Source: a bacterium
GTDB taxonomy: Bacteria; CG2-30-53-67
Direction: 5' to 3'
Assembly (NCBI GenBank): GCA_919901565.1
Contig: CAKKPE010000107.1
Location: 7,091-71,090, forward strand
Length of the DNA: 64,000 bases
A program made the translations under genes and the position numbers. Position 1 is the stretch's first letter. Each line of letters begins with the position of its first letter. Under the pieces are notes generated by a model. The model was not told where the DNA came from and ran no database searches. It saw only the letters and a list, made by a program, of their open reading frames with translations. Below, piece by piece: positions 51,371 to 64,000 of the stretch.

Positions 51371-53944
51371 TTATCTTTCATGGGCCATCTCAAGCGTTCT
51401 TTCCTGGAAGGGGACGGCGCGATATCTGTTTGTATAGAGCCCTATTCGAGTGATCCGGGCATCCTGATCGTTTGAGTCCGGGCGATTTAACAGCTTCTGC
51501 AGAACCTCATCGACACGGGCGCCCCCCTGGTCTCCTGTCTGAACCATGAGTCTCACCATCACATGTTCCTGGTCCACGGAATGGATCTCCATCTCCTCGA
51601 TCATGGGCCGGATGTCCAGGGTTTTGATCCGGTCCTTCTGGTTCCTGGTGATGAGGATCTCATCCTGGCCCATAAGCTCCTGCACCGCATGATAAGGATC
51701 TTTCTGGAAGGCGGAACGGGGAAGATCAAGGAGATATTCCCCGAAACGGATCACCGAAGAGATCGCCGGGGCCTGTGCGGGGATCCAGTTGACGCCCGTG
51801 ACCCGGATTCCCTCCGGGAGGACCTGATTCAATCTTACCGCGACGGCCTCCTCAAATACGGATCCTATCACGTTGACGTCCAGGTATTCAGCCGCTGCAG
51901 AAATCCCTACGGGCAGAGCCGGCCCCATGGCCATCTTCGGATGCGGGTGGAATCCATGGGAGTACTCCAGGTGGATCCCGGCGCGGGCAAATGACCGTAC
52001 CATCATGCTGATCATCTCAAGGTGAGATAGGAATTTAAGGCGGCCCTCTTTGGTGTATCGGATACGGAACCGTTTCACGATCGGAGAACCCAATCGAACA
52101 GAAGGGGGCTTCGCGTCGGTACCCCCGTCGGACCGGGCAAGGACCAGTTCGGGTCCCTGCTCGCAGGCGCCGCAGAGTGTGCAGGCATCATGGCGGCAGT
52201 CGGGGGTGATCTCCCCTTTAAGGGATTGCATATATTCTTCGGTCAGGAACGTTTTGGAAATACCGCTGTCGATATGGTCCCATGGTAGGATCTCGGTCAG
52301 GTCCCTCTGCCGATAGAGATAGAAATCAGGTTCGATCCCTGTATTCTGAAAAGCCAGGTTCCATTTAGAACGGTCACATTCGTCGGTCCAGCCGTCGAAA
52401 CGGCAGCCCAGCTTCCAGGCCTCATGGAGAAGCAGGCCGAGCCGGCGGTCTCCGCGGGATAAAACCCCTTCGAGCATGCTGATCCCGGGTTCATGCCATT
52501 TAAAAGAGAGCTTCTTGTGCCTCAAGCCGCTCTTCAGGAATCGGTATTTGTCTGCAATCTCTTCGGGACGGTTTTGCAGGGACCATTGGAACGGGGTATG
52601 GGCCTTGGGGACGAAGGGCGACACGCTGACATTGATCTGCTTGAATCTCGGGTTGGATTGTTTAGCGACCTTCAATGCCTTGAATGTGAGATCAATGATC
52701 CCCTGGAGGTCTTCCTCGGTTTCAGTGGGAAGCCCGATCATGAAGTAAAGCTTGAGGACCTCCCAGCCGGCGGAAAAAACCTTCTGCACCGTGGCAAGAA
52801 GATCCTCTTCGGTTACCCCCTTGTTAATGACATCCCTGAGCCGCTGCGTCCCTGCTTCCGGTGCAATGGTGAATCCGGTCTTGCGGATCTTCTGTATTTC
52901 GGCGATGATTTCTGAAGAGAGGGTCCCGGGCCTGAGGGACGGAAGGGATACGCTGATATGTCTCTTCTCTGCAAACCCGACCACTTCCTTGACGAGCCTG
53001 GACAACGCAGTATAGTCGCCGCTGGAGAGCGAGGTCAGAGAGATTTCCTCATATCCCGAGTTCAGGACGGAATTCTTGAGATGACCGAGGATGGTATCCA
53101 CCTCTCTTTCCCTGACGGGCCTGTAAATCATGCCCGCCTGACAAAAACGGCACCCTCGTGTACAGCCCCGGGAGATCTCCAGTGCCACACGGTCATGAAC
53201 GATCTTCATGTAGGGAAGCACGGGAGAGACCGGATAAGGGGCTTTGTTCAGGTCCTTGACAATGCGTTTGCGGATACGGTCCGGTCCCGGCATGGTCCTT
53301 CGGATTTCCCGGATTTGCCCGTCCGGGGCATACAGTACCTCGAAGTCGGAAGGGACGTAGACCCCGTCCAGTTCCGCTAAATGGCCCAGAAGGATCTTGC
53401 GACTGGAGGACCGGTATTTTTTGAAAAGGTCCAGCATTTCTGTAATAACCTCTTCTCCGTCCCCGATCACGAAGAGATCGAAAAAGCCGGCAAGGGGTTC
53501 AGGGTTGAAGGCGCAGGGTCCCCCGCCGATGATCAGAGGAAAAGAGTCGTCCCGTTCAGCGGAGAGCAGAGGGATACCGGCAAGGTCGAGCATATTCAGG
53601 ATGTTGGTGTAGCTCATTTCGTACTGGAGCGTGAACCCGAGGATATCAAAATCCCGGAGGGGGAGGCCGGACTCCAGAGAGCAGAGCGGCATCCCTTGGG
53701 AACGGAGGATCTCCTCCATATCCTTCCATGGGGCAAAGACGCGTTCAGCCGCTGTATCCTCCCGGTTATTAAGGATTTCGTAGAGGATCTTAAGGCCGGT
53801 ATGGGACATCCCGATCTCATAGGTGTCAGGGAAGGCCAGGGCCACCCTGACATCCACCAGGCCGTGGTCTTTTTTGATTGCATTGATCTCCGACCCGATA
53901 TAACGGGACGGTTTTGACACACGTCCGAGGTTTTTTTCTGTCAT
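51371..53944 (-). CDS. TIGR03960-family radical SAM protein fused to a TIGR03936 domain
   Basis: KPSRYIG, FPDTYEIGMSH, RGCTRGCRFC, C-terminal FLSHLE...GFHPHP. Confidence 0.9.
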   Translation of the reverse strand: MTEKNLGRVSKPSRYIGSEINAIKKDHGLVDVRVALAFPDTYEIGMSHTGLKILYEILNNREDTAAERVFAPWKDMEEILRSQGMPLCSLESGLPLRDFDILGFTLQYEMSYTNILNMLDLAGIPLLSAERDDSFPLIIGGGPCAFNPEPLAGFFDLFVIGDGEEVITEMLDLFKKYRSSSRKILLGHLAELDGVYVPSDFEVLYAPDGQIREIRRTMPGPDRIRKRIVKDLNKAPYPVSPVLPYMKIVHDRVALEISRGCTRGCRFCQAGMIYRPVREREVDTILGHLKNSVLNSGYEEISLTSLSSGDYTALSRLVKEVVGFAEKRHISVSLPSLRPGTLSSEIIAEIQKIRKTGFTIAPEAGTQRLRDVINKGVTEEDLLATVQKVFSAGWEVLKLYFMIGLPTETEEDLQGIIDLTFKALKVAKQSNPRFKQINVSVSPFVPKAHTPFQWSLQNRPEEIADKYRFLKSGLRHKKLSFKWHEPGISMLEGVLSRGDRRLGLLLHEAWKLGCRFDGWTDECDRSKWNLAFQNTGIEPDFYLYRQRDLTEILPWDHIDSGISKTFLTEEYMQSLKGEITPDCRHDACTLCGACEQGPELVLARSDGGTDAKPPSVRLGSPIVKRFRIRYTKEGRLKFLSHLEMISMMVRSFARAGIHLEYSHGFHPHPKMAMGPALPVGISAAAEYLDVNVIGSVFEEAVAVRLNQVLPEGIRVTGVNWIPAQAPAISSVIRFGEYLLDLPRSAFQKDPYHAVQELMGQDEILITRNQKDRIKTLDIRPMIEEMEIHSVDQEHVMVRLMVQTGDQGGARVDEVLQKLLNRPDSNDQDARITRIGLYTNRYRAVPFQERTLEMAHER

Positions 53945-54032
53945 ATGGAATACCGCCTTATTTCTTAAAAAGGTGAATGATAAAAATAACATTTTAATGA
54001 AAATTGTTCAATAATTTTTTTGCAGATTGAAC

Positions 54033-55595
54033 TTATTTCGGATGAGATTCCTTATTGGGTCCCATGATGGCGTTGGAGGGGCCGTCCAGGGCGAACAAGA
54101 GGAGCCCGGTGAGAAGGTAAGCGGCAAAGAATTTATAAGGGGTTGTGGTTTGGATCTGCCAGGGAAGGAAGATCTCGCCGCTCGCAAAGGGGGAGTGGAT
54201 AATGCCGAAAAGCGAGAAAACCCCAGCCGTCAAGAGAAAGGCCGCGGCGATCTTGAGCCGTCTATCAATAATAAAAGCGGTGATGGAGCCCCAGAGGAGC
54301 GATGAGAGGATAAAACCATTTCCCAGCATCATGATGGTCTGAAAGGTGACGGCCACCTCGCCGGTCAGATCCGAGGCTTCTTTCCCGAGATTGGCGATAT
54401 GGCTTCCGATCTCGATGAACAGAAGATTGGCGATCACCGGAATGAAGGCCATGGCCACGGCCTTGGCATGGCGGGCCGGGCTGGCCTCAAAGGCCTGGGC
54501 CGTAATCTCGAGTCCGATGAAGACCAGGATCGGGGCCACGGCCGCTTCCGGGAGGAGATTGACGAAAAAGGATAGGTAGCCGAGGATACCGCCCAGGCCG
54601 ATAAAGACAGCGGTCGCCAGGGTGTACGCGGACCTCCCTCCCATATCCTTGTAGGCCGGATGGCCGATGTAAGGGGTGCTCTGAAGGATTCCGCCGCAGA
54701 GGCCCGCAAGGATGGTCCCGATCCCGTCGGCCAGGATGATGGTCCTGCTGTTGTATTCATCCCCGGCCGCGGCCGCGGACTCCGTCACGTCAATCCCTCC
54801 CACCACAATGGCCAGCGCAAAGGGCACGGCAATGGGGAGATATTTCAGGGCCTCAGTCATTCCTTCCCAGAAGCCGAGAGTGGGCAGAGGAAGGCCCACG
54901 CTCAGTTGGAGTCTCGGCAGATGCTCTTCCGGGATCACCGAAATACCGGTCAGGTGAAGAAGATAATAGATGACCGTTCCGATCAGGACGGCAGCCAGGG
55001 CCCCGGGCATCCTGAATGGGAACTTGATCTTGGCAATCAGGGTCATCAGGATGATCCCCAGAGAGACAAAACCGACTATGGGATTGGAAAAAATCTTGAG
55101 TGAAGGGAAGAAGGCGATCAGCATCATGGCCACGGCGGCAATGGAACCGAGGAGCCCTGCCCGCGGCACGAACCTTCGTATCGCAGGGCCGGCCCAGGCC
55201 CCGATGATCTTAATGATCCCCATCAGGATGATAACCGCCGTGGTGATGTGCCAGACCAGGATCGGGTCCTTGAACTTCAGATAGGCCGGGCCGATGATGC
55301 CGAAGGCCAGCCCGAACGTGGACGGCGTGTCCAGCCCCAGGGGCATGGCCGTGACATCGTCGCGGCCCGTTTTTTTGGCCAGGCGAAAGGCGAGAAAGGT
55401 ATAGACCAGGTCCCCGAACAGCACGCCGACCGCCGTGCCAGGAAGCATCCGGTAGAGCACGATTTCTTTGGGGAAGCCGAAGACGCCGATCAATATTCCG
55501 GCCATGATCACCAGGTCGGACATGTTGTCCAGCATCAGCCCGAAAAAGGCGTTGATATCCCCTATCCGGGCCCAGCGGTATCTGAACTCTGCCAT
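54033..55595 (-). CDS. NCS2/AzgA-like nucleobase permease
   Basis: GDINAFFGL, TAMPLGLDTPS, ESAAAAGD, YIGHPAYK; many TM segments. Confidence 0.8.
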   Translation of the reverse strand: MAEFRYRWARIGDINAFFGLMLDNMSDLVIMAGILIGVFGFPKEIVLYRMLPGTAVGVLFGDLVYTFLAFRLAKKTGRDDVTAMPLGLDTPSTFGLAFGIIGPAYLKFKDPILVWHITTAVIILMGIIKIIGAWAGPAIRRFVPRAGLLGSIAAVAMMLIAFFPSLKIFSNPIVGFVSLGIILMTLIAKIKFPFRMPGALAAVLIGTVIYYLLHLTGISVIPEEHLPRLQLSVGLPLPTLGFWEGMTEALKYLPIAVPFALAIVVGGIDVTESAAAAGDEYNSRTIILADGIGTILAGLCGGILQSTPYIGHPAYKDMGGRSAYTLATAVFIGLGGILGYLSFFVNLLPEAAVAPILVFIGLEITAQAFEASPARHAKAVAMAFIPVIANLLFIEIGSHIANLGKEASDLTGEVAVTFQTIMMLGNGFILSSLLWGSITAFIIDRRLKIAAAFLLTAGVFSLFGIIHSPFASGEIFLPWQIQTTTPYKFFAAYLLTGLLLFALDGPSNAIMGPNKESHPK

Positions 55596-55671
55596 GAGGT
55601 CCCCTTTTCCCCTGACCAGGAATCATGCCGAAAAGACTGCCGGGATCACCGAAGGCGGTGAGGCCAAAGTT

Positions 55672-55836
55672 TTTGGTTCTTCTCCTATTTAGTGGGTAAA
55701 AAGGGTTCGAGGATTCCAGGGTTCAAGGGGTCAAGTGAAATACTGAAACGCAAGCAAAATCTCCAAAGAAAAACACTGGAACCCTTGACCCCTTGAACCC
55801 TGATGTTTTCACCCACTCTTTTGGATATGATCCAAA
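55672..55836. repeat. Palindromic element family 2 with octamer-repeat arms
   Basis: gggttcga ggattcca gggttcaa ggggtcaa gtg ... cac tggaaccc ttgacccc ttgaaccc; outer agtgggtaaaaa/ttttcacccact. Confidence 0.75.
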
Positions 55837-55941
55837 CTTTTATATCAAGGTTTTAGAAAAACTTCAAGGAAAAACAGGCAGAGGGCATTTGGGGTACTGT
55901 GGGCCAATTCACATTGATGCTCAGCATTTGGGGTTCACCGA

Positions 55942-56171
55942 GGATGGTTCTGATAGCCCCCATCTCCCAGCTTCAGAAAAATATTGTAACTCTGGGATTC
56001 TAACAGCAATACCGTTCAGTTAAGATGGAGTTATCCCCGAATGCCTCTATCGGGGATATGGTTTTTCAGGCAGTTTAAACCAGATTCCCGCTCAGAATCG
56101 TTGCGGGAATGACAAAATTCGTGACCGATTATCCTTAAATGAACAGTCAGCACTTCTCAGAACCGTCCCGC
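55942..56171. repeat. Short IR element (ggttctgata...tctcagaacc), copy 1, interrupted by a MITE
   Basis: Collinear with 57091-57175 once 56011-56147 is removed. Confidence 0.7.
56011..56147. mobile_element. MITE-like element carrying a GATTCCCGC...GCGGGAATGAC REP pair
   Basis: TIRs accgttcagttaag / cttaaatgaacagt; internal tccccga/tcgggga and attcccgc/gcgggaat hairpins. Confidence 0.7.
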
Positions 56172-56202
56172 TGCTCTCGTATTCACTCCACTTGTCGGCC
56201 GG

Positions 56203-56706
56203 CTATTGCCCCAGCTTCCTCTTCTCCTCCAGGGTGCGGCGGAGAATAGGCAGGGCCGCCTTGTCCTTGTCACGTCCAAGAAGTCCCTTCATCTCAATCA
56301 GTGTCTCAAGATTCAGGATCTTCACACTGAACCCTTCACCTATCTGAAGTTCGGATGTATATTTTAGGAGATCGTCGAAACCCTGGCCTTGTCCTATCTC
56401 ACCAAGGAGATCCAAAGGCCCTGCTCGGGTCATAAGAAGGTGGTGCCCGGGTGATGCCAATGGGTCCCGTTGAGGTTTGAGCCTTCGTTCGGGCTTTTCC
56501 CGATAATAAGTTTCCAGTGAATCGAGAGCAGTAATAAGCCGGGAAAAATTATCGGCATGGCGGGAATGCACGATGTCAAGGTCAAACGTGGTTACGGGGG
56601 CTCCATGCAGAACGGCGCACACCCCGCCCACCACGATGAACTCCACCTCGTGCCTGAGAAGAACCTCAAGGATGATCCGGAAATCAGGCGCTTGTTTCTT
56701 CACCAC
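56203..56706 (-). CDS. Nucleotidyltransferase-fold protein (TA-like)
   Basis: FIVVGGVCAVLHGAPVTTFDLDIV; K...GRDKD. Confidence 0.8.
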   Translation of the reverse strand: MVKKQAPDFRIILEVLLRHEVEFIVVGGVCAVLHGAPVTTFDLDIVHSRHADNFSRLITALDSLETYYREKPERRLKPQRDPLASPGHHLLMTRAGPLDLLGEIGQGQGFDDLLKYTSELQIGEGFSVKILNLETLIEMKGLLGRDKDKAALPILRRTLEEKRKLGQ

Positions 56707-56887
56707 GAATTCTCATGACAGATCTGATGTGATTCTGAAGAGTTTCCAGCCGTTCCTCAGGCGTCATGGAGAGCATCCAACGGATAACCGTAAGATCAAC
56801 GCCATCCTCGCTGTAGGCCGTCTCGCTCCCGGGATATGAATGTCCCTCCTCATCCACGCCGTGATCGGCCCGCTTGTTAGGATTCAT
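56684..56887 (-). CDS. Small partner protein of the nucleotidyltransferase
   Basis: GVDLTVIRWMLSMTPEERL; overlaps the downstream gene; GAGG RBS. Confidence 0.7.
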   Translation of the reverse strand: MNPNKRADHGVDEEGHSYPGSETAYSEDGVDLTVIRWMLSMTPEERLETLQNHIRSVMRIRGEETSA

Positions 56888-56901
56888 ACTTCCTCAAGAT
56901 A

Positions 56902-56956
56902 GACGGCTTCGTAAGAAGTCCGTGCCGTTTGTTTTTCGACTCCTTGAGAGACCATC
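56902..56956. repeat. Short degenerate inverted-repeat element
   Basis: gacggcttcgtaagaagtc / gactccttgagagaccatc. Confidence 0.5.
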
Positions 56957-57090
56957 AAAATTGTGATTTTCTCCCATATAACGACCCTTCACAGACTACC
57001 AGTCGGCCTAATGCTCCGCAAGTCCTTTTTGTATGCCCCATAAGAAACCGGGGGGCTATCCCCTGTCAGCGCAGGAAGGTTACGAGATAA

Positions 57091-57175
57091 GGGTTCTGAT
57101 AGCCACGGCCTTCCTTCTTCAGAAAAATATTCTGCAACTTCGGGATTTTACAATCGTTTCTCAGAACCGTCCCGC
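57091..57175. repeat. Short IR element, copy 2
   Basis: Shares ggttctgatagcc, cttcagaaaaatatt and ttctcagaaccgtcccgc with copy 1. Confidence 0.7.
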
Positions 57176-57534
57176 GGACTCGCGGACTCCCACGAACTCG
57201 ACAGGGAAGGAAGAAGCTTTTTCAATTGTGGGGACAGCGTCCCCGATATTCGGGGGTAAAACCGGTAAAAACGGAGATATCTGTATAATTGTCGCTGGTT
57301 GCAGTTGCTGATCTTCAGGCGGGTCAGAGTATCGGCCAGTTCTGAAAGCAGCTTGTCCCCATAGGTTGCCCTATCGGTGCCTTGCAACTCAAATTCCGCA
57401 ATATAAAGACCGATCATCCAGTTTTTCAGAGAGAGGCTAATGTTGACGGCCTTGCCGGCCTGAGCAGCCAGATGATTATGAACCTGCCGGATGGATTCGA
57501 CAAGACGATTGAAGGTCATGGTGGTATTTTTCAT
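57148..57534 (-). pseudogene. Truncated DUF1016/YhcG-family protein (N-terminal domain only)
   Basis: AVN....NWMIGLYIAEFE..G.DRATYG.KL...RFY..YP; breaks off at the repeat element. Confidence 0.8.
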
Positions 57535-57740
57535 TTCAGCAGCGCCTCCTTCAGAATGGCCTTCAGTTTGTCGCGGAGCTTGGCGGTCTCGGCCTCGCTC
57601 TGCTCAAGTTTGGCAAGCAGCTCAGCCGGGTCGCCGCGGTCTTCATCGACAACGTGCGGATTCTTGAAATCGAGATTGTAGTTTAGCGCCTTGATCTCGT
57701 CTATCGTAACCTTCCAGGCAACTTCATTCTCCCGCTTGAT
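57531..57740 (-). pseudogene. hsdM: C-terminal fragment of a type I R-M methyltransferase (HsdM)
   Basis: Manual translation RENEVAWKVTIDEIKALNYNLDFKNPHVVDEDRGDPAELLAKL...EALLK*; ATGA overlap with the DUF1016 gene. Confidence 0.7.
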
Positions 57741-57826
57741 ATTTCGCTCTAAAAATCCTTTGACTTCCGGCAGGTCATTTCAAATGTCTTTCGATAGACG
57801 GGGAATAACACCTGCGGCCCCTGCGT

Positions 57827-61026
<3,200 letters not shown>

Positions 61027-61030
<4 letters not shown>

Positions 61031-64000
61031 CCTTCACCTTCAATGATTGACCAGACGCGGTGATAGCTCTCGCCTCGGTCGCCAAGCGCGGTTCTCCACG
61101 TGTTCACGTTCGCCGCCCGAAGCTTGGCTCGCACCTCGTTCAGGGGTTCAGACGCGCCCACCCCCAACGACTTGGCCAACGGCGCGGCAGCGGTGCGCGG
61201 TACGCCCAGAAGTCGCAGAGCAACGGCCTCATCCGAGTTCACGCCGTAGTACACACGCGCAGGCAGATTTCGAAGAACGCGCTGGTCCTCCGCGGACATC
61301 GCGTCGAAGGAGTCGCCGAGGGTGAGCGACTGCAGGGCGGCCAAGCCCCACGAGGCCGTCTGCGTGAGCCGACCGAAGACGCTTCTGCAGCAGCGGGTCA
61401 TCGCCGCAACCGGATCCCCGGCGCCCGTGCTCTCCTCGTCGTCACCCGACTTCTTCGAGAAGTATTCCGTCGCCATTTCGGTGAGAGGGCGTCCCTGCAC
61501 CCAGTCGCAGATGATCCGTGCGAGCATGTCGCCGTTAGGTTGCAAGCCGCCTGTAACCTCCTTGAGTGGCTCCCGCAGCTCTGGCACCTGGAGCAAGACG
61601 CCCATCATGCGCTGAAGATCGTCTCGGCGGGTGCCGAACAGCTCAGATGACCATACCCCGCTTGTCAGGTTTGCCGCGTTCACGCGGACCAGAGTGTTGC
61701 TAACGGATTCCCATGAGAAGCCGGTGGCGTCGACGAGCTTCAGCGGCTTGCCCTTTATGCGCTCGGCGTAGTTGTAGACGCCCTGCACCAAGCTATCGGC
61801 CCAGCCCTTGTGGCTCTTCCGCAGCGCCTGAAAGCCAAGCGTTCCGCGAAGGATCTGCTCGACCTCTGCGGCGAAGCGCTCGTGGTTGCCTAACTGCCGA
61901 TAGGTATGCGCGAGGTACTGCACAAACGACGACCAACCTGGCTGCCACGCGAGCGTCTCGAGTTGGAGCAGCTTTCCTTCAGCATCGGCGCGCTGCACCA
62001 TGTCGATCAGCGTCGAGTTCAAGGCACCGACGGACCGTCCGATGAACTCCTTTAGCCTCTCCGCTTTTGCGTCATTGTGACCGGCGAGCGCGACGATGCC
62101 GAGGTCGCCTTGATCCACGCGACCCGCACGACCTGCGATGTTCCAGAAATCCTCGGGCGGCATGTCTTGCCCATACGGATACTGGTGACTCGCGAAGACG
62201 ACGCCGGAGACCGGAAAGTTCACGCCCTGCGCGATGGTCGTCGTCGCGACGAGCACGCTCAGCTTCGATTGCTCCGTCAGCCACTCGACAAGCGTTCTAG
62301 TGTCCTCGGAGAGCCCGGAGTGATGAACTCCAACGCCGTACTCGAGCAGGGCTATCAACGGAAAGTCCTGCCCCATTTCGTCGGCAAGGAACCGTCGAAT
62401 GTGGACTAGGTCATCGTTGCCCACAGACCGGCGGTTCTCATCAACCTTGAGCGTCCCAGCAACTCCCCAGCTACTTCCCGGCGTGTCAACCAGAACAATG
62501 ACCGTTCCCCGCTGATGGAGGACCTGCGCTACCGCTGCTGCGAGCTTTCCGGGCGATCCAGAAACCGCGGACCATGAGAGCCCCAGCGGACGCCGCTCTC
62601 CAACGTCCAGCGCCTCTGGCACCTCAATGGTGTTCCGCGTCGTGTGCTGGGTGACAAGCCGCACCCCGAAGTCACCGCGCTTCTGGCCCTTCTGGGGCCG
62701 TGCGATAGCGATAACGCGATCGTTGGGACTCCAGTCAACACCGAGTTCGATGTTCTTGTTGCTGTCAGGCGACAGCCACCGCGCGATCTCAGCGGCGTTG
62801 TGAATGAACGGCGTGAGCAGCAGGAACTGCGCGTATCGACATTCCCGGTTGATCGTGGCAAGCAGCAGCTCCAACTTCAGGCCGCGCGCTTGGGATGCGA
62901 GCCCGTGTGCCTCGTCGACGACCACAAGGGTCAACGGTCGACCGATCTTTTCCTCCCAGCCGCCACGAAGCATGAGATCTAGCTTCTCTGGTGTCGTGAC
63001 GAGGATGAGAAACTGTCGTCCGGCATCCGTGTCGGTCAGCATGCCGGCTTCGAGCCCATCGATATCGAGAGCGGGGCTTACCTTTTCGACGATGCTGCCG
63101 AGGACGGCCAAGTCCCGTCGAAGGCGAAGCGTGAGCTGGTTAACGAGTGCACGGGTCGGCGCGAGGTACGCGACCCAACCGCGCTCTTGGTCGAACTGGT
63201 TGAGCGCCTGGAGAATGCGGAATTCCGCGATGAACGTCTTTCCGCTCGACGTCGGAAGGCTCACGACGACGGAGCGATGACCCGAGCCAAGCAGTCCCTT
63301 CTCGCGCAGGGTCCGTCGCTGGGGGGGGAGCATCTCGAAGATCGGCTGCTGCCGGTCGCGCGAAACCAACGACTCCACGAACCGCGTTACGCGACTATTC
63401 ACTGCCCGGGTCACAGTCCAGATGCTGTTATCGACGAGGACCCGAGCGGTTCGAGCGAGCAGACGAGCTAGAGATTCGCGCTCCATGTGTTGACCACGCC
63501 CGGCAGCGCCGATAGCGCGGTCAAATTGCGCCTCAAGCTGTTCCCGCACGTCGTAGTGACCGTCCACCGAGCCTTGAGTGAGATAAACGCCGAGAATCTC
63601 GGCAGCCTTCGCGAGGTGGTACTCGGTGATGAGCTCCCACGCGGGCCGCGCGTCCCTTCGCGCTTCAGCCTGGGCGATGAATTCTGGTTCGTGTTCGCGC
63701 TGGTCGGTACGTAGTGCTGCCACGCGCTGCTGTACCAGGTCCAGATCCCCCCAACCCTGCTTTCGGAAGAGGCGCAACCAGATGTCGAGGATGCAGGACC
63801 AGACGCGGATACCCCAGTCTTCCGAATCCAGAGGGAGTTGAGGCAGATCCTTTTCGATGAGAAGACGACGAACATCGGCCCCACGGTCACCCAGTACGCC
63901 GAGGGCACCGAGGCGCACGAGCCATTCCGCTGCCTCAATGGGCGCTTCGGGACACGTCAGCGAGCGTGCAACTTGGAATGCATCCGTGGCAGTGGCTTGA
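61027..64000 (-). CDS. Ski2-like DEAH helicase, Hachiman HamB-like (5' end off window)
   Basis: [48 protein letters not shown]. The frame stays open to the window edge. Confidence 0.85.

Overview
This 64-kb bacterial window has mostly moderate GC. Its gene content (TIGR04442-like protein, TIGR03960/03936 radical SAM fusion next to rng, CIRCE-controlled groESL, PPi-type Pfk) suggests a Desulfobacterota/Nitrospirota-like organism, which is an inference. It is mainly housekeeping genes (pfp, ssb, nadE, feoB, hemG, yajQ, typA, gap, acpS, groESL, rng, tRNA-Ala) with accessory or defence material at both ends. The left end has an AAA-DUF4143 ATPase, a RAYT-like transposase remnant inside inverted repeats and an AbiEii-like pair. 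The right end has nested miniature repeats, a nucleotidyltransferase TA-like pair, hsdM/DUF1016 remnants, and a visibly GC-richer island with hsdR coupled to a HamB-like helicase. The best candidate for an undescribed system is a three-gene operon (42944-45611): a ParA ATPase fused to a glycogen-binding CBM48/AMPK-beta domain, a catalytically degenerate MinD/FlhG-like partner carrying a ParB-type LGRGL peptide, and a degenerate nuclease-fold protein. It may be a glycogen-granule positioning system. Also notable are a five-copy palindromic element always oriented with transcription, a tRNA-Ala-like sequence whose arms are replaced by TCCCGA/TCGGGA hairpins, and two sigma54-type promoters. All calls come from reading motifs by eye; no searches were run.
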